Part shown: positions 1-9,413 of the stretch, in pieces
Layout of the letters: each line of letters starts with the position of its first letter
How positions within the stretch are numbered: the first letter of the stretch is position 1
NCBI GenBank assembly: GCA_016190445.1
Contig: JACPQL010000041.1
Span: 215 to 64,214, forward strand
DNA length: 64,000 bases
Direction of reading: 5' to 3'
Source of the DNA: Chloroflexota bacterium
GTDB taxonomy: Bacteria; Chloroflexota; Dehalococcoidia; Lucifugimonadales; JACPQL01
Made by a program: the position numbers and the translations under genes
The notes under the pieces: generated by a model
What the model was told of the DNA's origin: nothing
Database searches by the model: none
Seen by the model: only the letters and a program-made list of their open reading frames with translations

Positions 1-1
1 A

Positions 2-2989
2 GTTTGGCACCGTGTCCAGCCCAGGAGCGAAGGCGTTGAAGCCGGCACTGTCGCTGGCATCAAACGACCCGGTGTCCACATCGGAGGTCACCGCAAAGTA
101 GGTGAAGTCCGGGTTGGCCAAGTCCAGGGTTGGGGCACCAAAAAGGTTGGCCAGCAGGTTCAGGTCGTCCACAAGGAAGGGCAGTGTCTGCCAGGAAGCG
201 TTCCGCTCGTCGCTGATCAGGAACTCCGGTACACCGGCGCCGGTGGTCAGCTCAAAGAGCGCGGTGATCATCCTGCCGTCGAAGGTGCCCGTCAGGAAGA
301 GCCCCAGGTCTGCGGCCACGACCACATAGTCTGGGGTCCCGTCCTTGTCCACGTCCAGGAACACCTCGGTCACCATGGGGTTGGCGGCGCTGCGGTTGCC
401 GTGCACCGCCACGGCGAACTCCACGACCCGGCCTATGGGCGTGTCAAAGGCGTGGGCGCCAGTGTGGCTGATGTCGAACCAGTCGTCAGGGCGATTGGGA
501 AGGCCAACAGCCTCGGCGATCAGGTCCTCATTCGGGTCCGAGACCCCGAGCTGGTACACGTCCACAGGTGTGCTTTGCATGCCTGAGTTTCGGAACTCTA
601 GCTGTCCCGCTCTGGAACTCCCTTCAGCGTGGGCCCGGGCGATGGGGACAACGTGGAAGGGCACGCGCAGGACGTCCCCCCCGGCGAACAGTTCGGAAAG
701 GGTGAGGAAGCCGTCGTACTCCTCAAAGGCCGCCTCCGGTGCCAGGTTACGGAAGCTGGCCACGATGCTGAAGTCGAAGGTCCGGGACTGGCCGGCAGCC
801 AGACTGATGATGGAGGGATGGTTGAACCGCAGGCTGCCCTCGTCGTCAGCGGCGAACAGCAGCCCGGCACTCAGTTGGAACGTCTTGCGCTCCTGGGACT
901 TGTTGGCCACCGTGAGCCTGCGGCTGAGGACCTTGAGTCCCGCCCTGTCCTCCTGTGCCACCCCGAAGGAGAGGGAGGCGGGGGTGACCACAGACTCGGT
1001 GGCCGCAGCTACGTCAACACGCACACGCCCGGCGCCCATGAGTGAAACGGGGTAGGGCTCGCCGCCGGGCGAGTTGTTGGTGGCGGTGTTCATCAGAAGG
1101 GCCTTGATCTCCTCCACGCTCCAGTCGGGGTGGAGCTGCCGGAGGAGGGCTGCGGCTCCTGTCACGTGGGGCGCAGCCATGGAGGTACCGGAAAAGGATA
1201 CGGCGCCCGTACCGGTGCCCACCGCTGCGGCCATCACGTCTCCACCGGGGGCCGAGACGTCCGGCTTCAGGGCCGAGTCGAGGCCGCGGGGACCTTGCGA
1301 TGTGAAGGCTTGTAGCCGGTCGGGAATAGAGTGGGCGCCGGCCGGGTCAAGGGTGAAGGTGGTCCCCGCCAGCAGGGCGTCCAGGACAGCCAGCCCGTCC
1401 GAATTGCCGACCATTACCGCCGGGATGGAGGCAATGGGGTCACCGCCCATGCTGAAGGGGGCTCCTCCCGGCACGTTGTTGGAGACCACGGCGGCGATGG
1501 CACCCGCTTCCTCAACGTTTTGCACCTTCTCGTCGAAGCGGCACACGCCTCGCTGGACCAACGCCGTCTTGCCCAGGAGGGAGCCGGGCGCGAAGGGGTT
1601 GGGGCCACCAGCACCACCCACATCGCACGCCAGGCCCGCGAAAACGGCAGGGCCGCTCACAGGCCCCACTGTGGCCAGTGGCGGAGTGAAAGAGGCCTCA
1701 ATGGACTCGTAGTCGCCGTCGGCCCCGGCGGAGGCAAGCACCTGGAGGGGCTGGACTGCGATGCCGGGGTCATTGGAAGCTGCCACGCTGATGGCGCCGC
1801 TGGCGCTGGCTGGCGACCCAGTGATGTAGGGGATGGCGCCGTCATTGCCTGCGGAGGCGACCACGATCACCCCCAGCTCGGCGGCGGCATTGGAGGCCAC
1901 GGTCAGAGGGTCGAAATCAGTGCCAAAGGGTGAGCCCAGAGACATGTTGATGACGTCGGCTTTGTCGGAGATGTCCCCGTCCTGGTTAGGGTCTAGAGCG
2001 AACTCGATGCCGGCAACCACGTCGGCATCGGTGGCGCTGCCCAGCCCGAAGACCTTGACGGCCAGCAGCTTTGCTGCGGGGGCAACGCCATGAGGCACGC
2101 TCCCAGCGGCCATGCCGGCGGCTATGGAGGCGACGTGGGTCCCGTGTGCCGCCTGGTCAAGGGGGTCTGGATCGGGCTGTGGAACGTTGGTGCAGGCGGG
2201 CGGAGGCCCCGGCGCCACACATGCGGGATCATAGAAGTCGCCCACCAGGTCTGTGCCGCCAACGACCTTGGCTGTCGGGAAGCTACCCGGTTCAATGACC
2301 GCTGGGTCGTTGGCGGCGTAGTCTGCGGGGTTGCCGCTTCCGCCCAGCGCCGCATGGGTGTAGTCAATACCCGTGTCTATGATGGCGAGGGTGATGCCGG
2401 TGCCGTCGGCGCCCAGATCAGCAAAGGTCTTGTCCCCCAGGACGAACGGCACGCTCTTGTCCAGGTCCAGCGAGACCTTTCTGATTGGGAGGACAGCCTC
2501 AACTTCCGGCAGGGACGCAATCTCCTTCAGCTTGGTAGCGTCCACTCGGGCCGCGACGCCGTTGAAAGTGATCCCGTACGTACGGGTCACTCGGGCGCCG
2601 CGGCTTTCCAGCTTGCCCTTGAGGGTCTCGTACTCCAGCTTCAGGCCCCGGACATGGCCCTTTTGCTCGGACCCTCGTAGCTCGGGCAGGCCCGTGCTGC
2701 GCCTCTGGGACTGCTCGTGCGCCAGGGAGTTGCCTTTCAGTTGGATGATGACCTCGATAGTCCCTTTGGCGGTAGCCGTTGCCGGGCGCTGGAGTTGGGT
2801 GGGCTGGAATCCTTCCGGCAGCGTCACTCGCTCCAGGCTGCGTTGAGTGCCGGTCCCGCCGGCTGCACCAGCGGGCATACCGCCGAGAAGCAGAGCCGCC
2901 AGCGTTGCGATGGTCAACGCTAGCGGCGCAATAGGACCCAGAGCAACACGTGACAGGAGCCGCCTTGGCCTCCCCTCCCAACGCCTCAT
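2..2989 (-). CDS. Secreted S8 (subtilisin-like) serine peptidase with PA domain; 3' end lies outside the window
   Basis: Read manually; absent from the ORF track because there is no stop in the window. ATG at 2989 with GGAGG upstream, a signal-like N-terminus, and in-frame catalytic motifs IIDTGIDYTH (~2355-2385), HGTHVASIAAG (~2115-2150) and SGTSMAAPHVTGAAALL (~1140-1192). Confidence 0.9.
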   Translation of the reverse strand, partial: MRRWEGRPRRLLSRVALGPIAPLALTIATLAALLLGGMPAGAAGGTGTQRSLERVTLPEGFQPTQLQRPATATAKGTIEVIIQLKGNSLAHEQSQRRSTGLPELRGSEQKGHVRGLKLEYETLKGKLESRGARVTRTYGITFNGVAARVDATKLKEIASLPEVEAVLPIRKVSLDLDKSVPFVLGDKTFADLGADGTGITLAIIDTGIDYTHAALGGSGNPADYAANDPAVIEPGSFPTAKVVGGTDLVGDFYDPACVAPGPPPACTNVPQPDPDPLDQAAHGTHVASIAAGMAAGSVPHGVAPAAKLLAVKVFGLGSATDADVVAGIEFALDPNQDGDISDKADVINMSLGSPFGTDFDPLTVASNAAAELGVIVVASAGNDGAIPYITGSPASASGAISVAASNDPGIAVQPLQVLASAGADGDYESIEASFTPPLATVGPVSGPAVFAGLACDVGGAGGPNPFAPGSLLGKTALVQRGVCRFDEKVQNVEEAGAIAAVVSNNVPGGAPFSMGGDPIASIPAVMVGNSDGLAVLDALLAGTTFTLDPAGAHSIPDRLQAFTSQGPRGLDSALKPDVSAPGGDVMAAAVGTGTGAVSFSGTSMAAPHVTGAAALLRQLHPDWSVEEIKALLMNTATNNSPGGEPYPVSLMGAGRVRVDVAAATESVVTPASLSFGVAQEDRAGLKVLSRRLTVANKSQERKTFQLSAGLLFAADDEGSLRFNHPSIISLAAGQSRTFDFSIVASFRNLAPEAAFEEYDGFLTLSELFAGGDVLRVPFHVVPIARAHAEGSSRAGQLEFRNSGMQSTPVDVYQLGVSDPNEDLIAEAVGLPNRPDDWFDISHTGAHAFDTPIGRVVEFAVAVHGNRSAANPMVTEVFLDVDKDGTPDYVVVAADLGLFLTGTFDGRMITALFELTTGAGVPEFLISDERNASWQTLPFLVDDLNLLANLFGAPTLDLANPDFTYFAVTSDVDTGSFDASDSAGFNAFAPGLDTVPN

Positions 2990-3144
2990 GGAACACCTCC
3001 CTCCCACCCTTTGTACTAACCCAGGCCTGTGACACACTCTTTAAAACATAAATACGCGCCCGCTGCATTGTTGGATGCATCCCTCCACGGCGGTCTGGGG
3101 ACTGGGGACCGTCTGCGAGCATAGAGGGAAGTATGGAATAGATA

Positions 3145-3176
3145 AGAAGGCCCGTGGCATCTGCCACGGGCCTTCT
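3145..3176 (-). terminator. GC-rich hairpin downstream of the multicopper oxidase
   Basis: Perfect 15-bp inverted repeat AGAAGGCCCGTGGCA/TGCCACGGGCCTTCT, followed on the minus strand by T-rich sequence. Confidence 0.7.
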
Positions 3177-3198
3177 GTTGGAGGCGGCAGGGCGTCGT

Positions 3199-4365
3199 CT
3201 AGCTTTGCACCGTGAACATGGCCATCATGCCGGCGTCAATGTGGTCGTTGACGTGGCAGTGGAAGAACCACGTGCCCGGGTTGTCAGGGACCATGTCGGC
3301 GACCTTCATGCTCATGGGGAGCAGCTCTGTAACATCCGTGCGCATGCCATTCTGCACGAGTGTCTGGCCGTGCCAGTGCGGCGTGTGCAGGTCTACCTCC
3401 GTCCCCATGCCCATCATGTACCAGCGCACCCGCTCGCCCTTGCGCATGGTCAGTCCGGGCAGGTTGCCGTAGACGTAGCCGTTGATGCCGTGCATTAGAT
3501 TGCTCTCGTTGAACTCGTCATCCGCCTTCAGTTCCTCCGCTTCACTGGGGTCCATGCCCAGGAATGTCTCGATGTTGTTGTCTATGTAGAGTGAGCGGTT
3601 CTCATCAAACACCGAGTACACTGCCACGAACTCCCTGTCCACGCCCTTGGGTGAGCCATCCTTGCGGGCTTTCCCCTTGGCGGTGATGATCATGGGCCCA
3701 ATGAGTCCAGCGTTGGTGTCGCCCGCCTCGTCAACGTGGGAGTGGTACGACCACATGACAGAGCTGGGGTCCATGGGGCCGGGGCCTGCTCGCTCGGGGA
3801 CTTGCCAAAGGTAAGTGTGTGTCTCGCCTGGCGCCACCGCGTCATCCGCCCTGTCGGCTCCAGAAGTCCCGTCGTTATAGGGAGCGCCCTCCGAGTCCTT
3901 ATTGTAGAAAACGCCGTGGGGGTGGACGCTCGCCGGGAAAGAGGTGTTGTTCTTGAAGTGCACCGCGATCGTATCGCCCACCTCGGCCCGCAGAACAGGC
4001 CCCAACAGGCCCAGGTGCTCCCACTCCGGGGCCCGCGGCTTCAGCGTGCTGAACGTGTCATCCGTGTACTCGCGGTAGACGGCCTTCACATACGTGCTTC
4101 CTATGCGGTCCGGCCCGCCTTCCAGGAACACGGCCGCTGCCTCATCAAAGGACGGGTCCACCAGATTGCCGCCGGGCGCATAGTCCCACTCCACCTCATC
4201 GGCGGCTATGTAGTAATGGCGCGTTTCTTGAGCGCTCGTTAGCCCGATGCTCAACAGCACGCCCATGGCGGCGGCCACAAATGCCAGACCAAGGACCAGC
4301 CGCCAGAAAAGGCCCCTCGACTGTAGCTTGGAAATACGGTCCACCACCTCAACCTCCTGTACCAT
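3199..4365 (-). CDS. Two-domain multicopper oxidase, ceruloplasmin/hephaestin-like, exported
   Basis: Motifs VHPHGV, YHSHV, LHTPHWHG and HCHVNDHIDAGM; N-terminal hydrophobic signal or TM segment. Confidence 0.9.
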   Translation of the reverse strand: MVQEVEVVDRISKLQSRGLFWRLVLGLAFVAAAMGVLLSIGLTSAQETRHYYIAADEVEWDYAPGGNLVDPSFDEAAAVFLEGGPDRIGSTYVKAVYREYTDDTFSTLKPRAPEWEHLGLLGPVLRAEVGDTIAVHFKNNTSFPASVHPHGVFYNKDSEGAPYNDGTSGADRADDAVAPGETHTYLWQVPERAGPGPMDPSSVMWSYHSHVDEAGDTNAGLIGPMIITAKGKARKDGSPKGVDREFVAVYSVFDENRSLYIDNNIETFLGMDPSEAEELKADDEFNESNLMHGINGYVYGNLPGLTMRKGERVRWYMMGMGTEVDLHTPHWHGQTLVQNGMRTDVTELLPMSMKVADMVPDNPGTWFFHCHVNDHIDAGMMAMFTVQS

Positions 4366-4667
4366 CAGACTTGTCTAACAGAGTAGTGGTAAAAACCAGC
4401 AAGTAACAGGTTTCACAATCTAGTACTGTTGACTAGAATCTGGAGCTCTGTACCAGAACAGCGTTAGCGATGTTCGGGCTCAAGCTTTGGCACTGCCGCG
4501 ACAGGCCGTGAAGGAGAGAACGGCAGCGGATCGCGGATGGGGTTCAGGGCTAAATCAATCGGGAGGCGACAATGATAGTGTGCACTCCGGCCCTTTTCCG
4601 CCGTTCGCGCGTTGTACCTGGCCGACGTTCCTGCTACACTGCTGCCAGCTTTCACAGGAGAAGTGCC

Positions 4668-5459
4668 ATGCGCTTTGCCAGGCTCCGAGTCCGTGGCAGG
4701 GAACATTATGGGCTCATAGAGGGGGAGCAGGCCCGGCTCATCCGCGGGAGCCCCTTCGGACGGTGGGAGGCGACCACCCAGGTCCATAGTCTGGACTCAG
4801 TCCAGTTCCGCCCTCCGACGCAGCCACTCCAGGCCCTTGGAATCGGGGGCAACTATGCCGACCACATCGCCCAGGCCGAGGCCACCAGCGGGAAGGCCCA
4901 TGCGGGACGAGGGATTCAACCCTGGGTAAAGGGCGCGGCCTCCCTGATCGGCCACGGGGCGCCTATAGTCATTACCCGCGAAGCTCAGGAGGTGCATTAC
5001 GAGGCGGAGCTAGTCATTGTCATTGGACGAAGGTGCCGAAGGGCGAGCAAAGCGGAGGCGCGCGACTGTATCCTGGGATATACCTGCGGGAACGACGTCT
5101 CAGAGAAGGCCTCCTGGGAGAAGGACCTCTCTTTCTGGCGGGCCAAAGGGATTCCCTCCTGGGGTCCGGTCGGGCCATGGGTGGCAACCGACGTGGACCC
5201 CACCAAAGGCCTTGACCTCATTGTCCGGGTCAATGGCCAGGAGCACCACCGCACCAACACTAAGTTCATGTTCCACGACGTCTATGACATCGTGAGTTAC
5301 ATGAGCCAGTACACGTGGCTTTTCCCTGGAGATGTCATATTCACTGGCGCCGCCGGGGTGAGCCGGGCGCTGAAGCCGGGGGACGTGGTGGAGGTGGAGA
5401 TCGAGGGCATTGGCACCCTCAGCAACCCGGTAGTGTCGGAGGGGTTGGGGGAAGGATGA
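4668..5459 (+). CDS. Fumarylacetoacetate hydrolase family protein
   Basis: GGNYADH, HYEAELVIVIG, GYTCGNDVS and PGDVIFTG motifs; ATG 4668 follows AGGAG. Confidence 0.9.
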   Translation: MRFARLRVRGREHYGLIEGEQARLIRGSPFGRWEATTQVHSLDSVQFRPPTQPLQALGIGGNYADHIAQAEATSGKAHAGRGIQPWVKGAASLIGHGAPIVITREAQEVHYEAELVIVIGRRCRRASKAEARDCILGYTCGNDVSEKASWEKDLSFWRAKGIPSWGPVGPWVATDVDPTKGLDLIVRVNGQEHHRTNTKFMFHDVYDIVSYMSQYTWLFPGDVIFTGAAGVSRALKPGDVVEVEIEGIGTLSNPVVSEGLGEG

Positions 5460-5495
5460 CATCGCGGGTGGTGGACGCCACCGCGAATGGGACGC

Positions 5496-5870
5496 TAGTG
5501 TGGTGCCCCTGAAGTTCGTTGCCAAAGTCATTGCGAGGCCCGGTGGTCCGAGGTCCTCACCACAGGCTCCGGAGGGCCGTGGCAATCCGGCGGCGGGGTC
5601 CACCCCTCCAGATTGGCGTGAAAATAGGTCTTGGGGGAGGGGCTGTCATGCTGAGGAGTGGGTTGAACTCATCTGCCTTCAACATTCTTCTGCCGACGAA
5701 GTCCCGACTCCGTCGAGGACTCGCGACAGAGTCGGAGCATCTATGGGGTTTTTCATCTCCCGGTGGCGCCCCAAAGGGGCATGGCCGATTGCTTCGTCGT
5801 CCCGATGGCATCGGGGCACCACAGGGGATGAATGACAATTTATGAGCGTATTTCGGAGACAGGACATTGG
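5496..5870. repeat. Composite palindromic repeat / MITE-like module
   Basis: Left end CTAGTGTGGTGCCC is related to the inverted end at ~16500-16529; contains GTCATTGCGAGG and TGTCATGCTGAGGAG arms; the 52-bp core 5691-5742 is identical to 24064-24115. Confidence 0.75.
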
Positions 5871-5931
5871 GGTGGACGAGGGGGAGAGGCGAGTCTGGCG
5901 GATAGACCAAATCAAGGGGAAGGAGGACCCC

Positions 5932-6648
5932 ATGGACCGGGGCATTTGGGCTACGTGGTACGACCTGGCAGGACCCGGCAAAGAGGAGTACATCTCCTGG
6001 CTTCATGAGGTGCATATTCCCCAAACGCTCTCGCGTCCAGGGTACCTGTGGGCGGCCCACGTCGAGAACATCGTGACGGAAGAACGACAACGGGCAACCA
6101 GAAGCTATTACCACTATACGGATGACCCGTCCGTTCCCATGGGTAACGGCTACATCATGCTCTGTGGGGCGGTCTCGCCGCACGTCTTCGTTGACCCCAG
6201 TCCAGCCGAGCTGGAGGCGAGAATGACGGCTGAGGCCCGAGAGATGCTCGGCAGGCGCATCGCGGCCCGCTCTTGTATCTTCGTCGAGGTGGCCCGGGTG
6301 GACGGCCCAGAGGTGAGCCAGCGCGGCCCGGGAATTACGCCCGGCCCCGCATTTGAGCTGGGGAGCTTCAACATCAATGCCCTGGAGAACGAAGAGGAGG
6401 TGTCCACCTGGTACGCCAGGTCCCGGCTGCCGAGAATGACCAAGATGCCCGGATGCATCGGGGTGCGCAAACTCGTCTCAATAGCGGGATGGGCCAAGCA
6501 CGGCATACTCTACGAGTTTGTCTCGCTCGAAGCGATCGAAAAGTATTTCACCAGGGACCCGTCCGAGTGGTCACAGCAGGTGATAAAGAATCTCGTCCAC
6601 GCGCCGGGTTCGCCCAGCATCGGGAAGCGGCTCTGGCCTCCGGCATGA
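5932..6648 (+). CDS. Hypothetical protein, probable tandem dimeric alpha-beta barrel (DUF4286/EthD-like)
   Basis: Two similar halves (YISWLHEVHIP...RPG and VSTWYARSRLP...MPG); AGGAGG precedes ATG 5932. Confidence 0.65.
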   Translation: MDRGIWATWYDLAGPGKEEYISWLHEVHIPQTLSRPGYLWAAHVENIVTEERQRATRSYYHYTDDPSVPMGNGYIMLCGAVSPHVFVDPSPAELEARMTAEAREMLGRRIAARSCIFVEVARVDGPEVSQRGPGITPGPAFELGSFNINALENEEEVSTWYARSRLPRMTKMPGCIGVRKLVSIAGWAKHGILYEFVSLEAIEKYFTRDPSEWSQQVIKNLVHAPGSPSIGKRLWPPA

Positions 6649-6718
6649 GGCTATTGGGGTTGCTGCTAGAACAACAGCGCCGCCGTGGTGCACCCGACCG
6701 GCAAGGGAAGGAGGTCTC

Positions 6719-7636
6719 TTGGCCACGCGCTTAGGGTTCATCGGTATCGGGAAAATGGGGAGCGCCATGGGCACCAACCTGCTCAAGGCTGGTTTCTCCC
6801 TGACCGTCCACGACATCCGTGAGGAGGCCACCAGGCCTCTGCTGGAACTGGGGGCGCGCCTGGCGGACTCGCCCCGGGCCGTATCCCAGGCCAGCGAGGT
6901 GGTCATGACCTGTCTGCCCGGCCCCCGCGAGGTGGAGCCGGTGGCCCTGGGGGAAGATGGGATCATCCACGGCTTGGCCCGCGACGGCGTCTACATTGAC
7001 CTGAGCAGCAACTCACCCTCCCTCATCCGCCACATCCACCAGCGGTTCCAAGAGCGCGGTTGCCGCGTCCTGGACGCCACGGTGGCGGGGCGAGCGCCGC
7101 TGGCCTGGGAGCGAGAGCTGATGGTGATGGTGGGTGGTGACCCGGGGGTGTTCCAGCGTTGCCGACCCATCCTGGAGGCCATCGGCAACCGCATCGTCTA
7201 CTGCGGCCCTGTGGGCAACGGGATGATCTGCAAGCTGATGCACAACTGCATCAACGCCATTTTCCGCCAGGCTGTCGCGGAATGCTTCACGCTGGGAGTG
7301 AAGGCGGGGGTGGATGCCCAGACCCTGTGGGAGGTGGTGAGGAACGGCATCACCTGCGCCGGCTCGGAGATCAACCGGACCATGCGCAACACCTGGCTCA
7401 AGGGGGACTTTGACACTCACACAGGAAGCCTGAGCATTAGCTATAAGGATACCCTGCTGGCCACGGAACTGGGAAGGGAGTACCAGGTGCCCATGATGCT
7501 GGCCTCATCGGCACTGCAACAGCTCATGGCGGCCGTGAACCGCGGGTGGGTAGAGAAAGACAGCACCATCGTGACGCTCTTGCAAGAGGAGCGGGCTGGG
7601 GTGCAGGTGCGCATATCGGAGCCATCCGGGACATAG
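6719..7636 (+). CDS. NAD(P)-dependent oxidoreductase, 3-hydroxyisobutyrate/tartronate semialdehyde reductase family
   Basis: GFIGIGKMG Rossmann motif, VMVGGD, G(N)GMICKLMHN; TTG start after AGGAGG. Confidence 0.9.
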   Translation: MATRLGFIGIGKMGSAMGTNLLKAGFSLTVHDIREEATRPLLELGARLADSPRAVSQASEVVMTCLPGPREVEPVALGEDGIIHGLARDGVYIDLSSNSPSLIRHIHQRFQERGCRVLDATVAGRAPLAWERELMVMVGGDPGVFQRCRPILEAIGNRIVYCGPVGNGMICKLMHNCINAIFRQAVAECFTLGVKAGVDAQTLWEVVRNGITCAGSEINRTMRNTWLKGDFDTHTGSLSISYKDTLLATELGREYQVPMMLASSALQQLMAAVNRGWVEKDSTIVTLLQEERAGVQVRISEPSGT

Positions 7637-7752
7637 CAGGTTGCTGAAAAAGGGATGTCCAGAGGGGCAAAGCCCCGGAGCCTGCCCTGAGCGAAGCCGA
7701 AGGGGTGGGGGTCTGGGGGGATGGTCGAAGGAGTTTTTCATCACCCTGCTAG
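7633..7752. mobile_element. MITE-like element with terminal inverted repeats
   Basis: (A)TAG-CAGGTTGCTGAAAAA ... TTTTTCATCACCCTG-CTAG (13/15 match); its right end recurs as a near-exact inverted copy at 63886 onward. Confidence 0.7.
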
Positions 7753-7824
7753 TGCCCTGTGACTGAAATTCGTTTACACTGTGATGCTCTGAGGGGGATG
7801 TCACACTGTGCGCCAGCAATCCCC

Positions 7825-7850
7825 GTCATTCCGGCTTTCGCCGGAATGAC
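7825..7850. repeat. Short palindrome GTCATTCCGGCTTTCGCCGGAATGAC
   Basis: Perfect 11-bp stem; related sequence at ~58274 (GTCATTCCGGTCTTCGCCGGAAT) and ~10672-10698. Confidence 0.7.
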
Positions 7851-8009
7851 GAAGGCAGAGCGCGTGCCGGTAGTTATGAGGTATCCTCAGCAGGTGTGTA
7901 AATAACATGAAAGGCGAGATATTTACACACTTCTTGACGAAACCTCGTGGTTATTGGTGCTCGCCCAAATAGGCAATGTACTTCAGAAACAGGACGCTAA
8001 GGAGACACA

Positions 8010-9413
8010 TTGCCACCACGGGTTGTCACGGTAGACATTGACAGCACGACTGTAAGGATGCTCCAGTTGCAGGGCAACCGGGTGGAGCGATGGGCCTCCG
8101 CGCCCCTGGACGAGGGCATGGTGGAGAATGGGACTATCCTCAATCCCAGCCTTCTGGGGGAGCGGATCAGGCAACTGAGGAGGACCAGCGACATCACGGG
8201 CACGGAGGTGGTGGCCAGCGTCAACGGGCTGTTCTCCGTGGCCAGGACCCTGAACGTCCCGCACGTGTCCCAACAGGAGCTATTGCAGAAGCTGCCCGAG
8301 TACGCTCCGGAGACCGGGGGTAGACAGGACCTCCGGCTGCTCTGGCAGACGCTCCACGCCGATACTACAAGCCACCATGTGCTGGCCATGTGGGCCAATG
8401 ACGGGCAGGTGTCCTCCCAGTTGGGCGCCCTGCGGGCCGCGGGGCTGGCGCCCACTGTCCTGGAGTTCAAGACCATGGCACTGTACCGGACGGTGGACCG
8501 GAAGCAGGCCATCATCGTCAATATGGAGCCCACCAGCCTGGACCTGGTGCTGGTGGTGGGTGGCCTTCCCCAGGTCATGCGGACCGTCGGTCTGCCGCAG
8601 GCGTCTTCACCGGATGAGCTGGCCAACCTGGTGGCCCAGGCCATCGAGCACACTGTGGCCTATCATAACGCCCGTCAGACCGAAGAGTTGCCTCCGGTCC
8701 GAATACCCCTCTTCCTGGTGGGGCCGATGGCCGACTCGCCCTCTGTGCGCCAGCAGGTACAGGAGCGGGTGGAGTACCCGCTGGAGAGCTTCGCTCCCGA
8801 CCTGGAGTTCCCGGCGCACCTGCCCGCGGGCCAGTACGCCGTCAATCTTGGGCTGGCCATGAGGTACGTGGCGCGGCCTCGGGAGGAGGGTGGGGAAGAC
8901 CGACCCCCCGTGCACATCAACCTGGTGCCGCGAGTGGTCTCTCCCTGGCAGATCACCCCTCAGCGGGCAGGCATGTTGGCGGCAATGGTCGCGGGGCTGG
9001 TGGTGGCCTTCTTCCTGTTCCAGCTCAACTCCGGCGCCGCCGAGGAGGTAGCCACCCTGCGACGTAGCGCTGGTGACGTCCGGCGGCAGATCAGCCTGCG
9101 GCAGGCGGAGATTACCCGCATGACCCAGCTTGAGGCCGGTATCAGGGACTTCCAGGCGCTCACTGCGCCCCGTGGGAGGGTCACAGAGGCGGTGGAGTAC
9201 ATCCAGAGCACGCTCATCCGCGGGGTCCGCCTGAACTCGGTCTCAGTGAAGGGCAATGTGGCGGAGTTCAGTGCCAGCGCGGAGAGGGTGGAGCAGGCCA
9301 TGGCCTACGTGGAGGCGCTTCGTGCCACCGGCCGCTTCGGGAAAGTTCCCTACTCGACTCCCTCCACGGAGATACACACGACGCTTGATCTGGGCGCGCC
9401 ACAAAGCAAGTAG
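8010..9413 (+). CDS. Fused type IV pilus alignment protein: PilM (actin-like) + TM + PilN-like domain
   Basis: N-terminal VTVDIDSTTVRML, YAVNLGLAMR (PilM C-terminus), then HINLVP (PilN INLLP motif), a TM helix, a coiled coil and VRLNSVSVKGNVAEFSASA. Confidence 0.8.
   Translation: MPPRVVTVDIDSTTVRMLQLQGNRVERWASAPLDEGMVENGTILNPSLLGERIRQLRRTSDITGTEVVASVNGLFSVARTLNVPHVSQQELLQKLPEYAPETGGRQDLRLLWQTLHADTTSHHVLAMWANDGQVSSQLGALRAAGLAPTVLEFKTMALYRTVDRKQAIIVNMEPTSLDLVLVVGGLPQVMRTVGLPQASSPDELANLVAQAIEHTVAYHNARQTEELPPVRIPLFLVGPMADSPSVRQQVQERVEYPLESFAPDLEFPAHLPAGQYAVNLGLAMRYVARPREEGGEDRPPVHINLVPRVVSPWQITPQRAGMLAAMVAGLVVAFFLFQLNSGAAEEVATLRRSAGDVRRQISLRQAEITRMTQLEAGIRDFQALTAPRGRVTEAVEYIQSTLIRGVRLNSVSVKGNVAEFSASAERVEQAMAYVEALRATGRFGKVPYSTPSTEIHTTLDLGAPQSK

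Noticed and set aside
102-2923. Many plus-strand ORFs in the track
   Set aside because: They are antisense shadows of the minus-strand S8 peptidase, as expected in high-GC DNA.
4420-4440. Palindrome TCTAGT...ACTAGA upstream of the copper oxidase as a copper-regulator operator
   Set aside because: It is short, does not clearly match CsoR, CopY or CueR boxes, and may be a CTAG repeat remnant.
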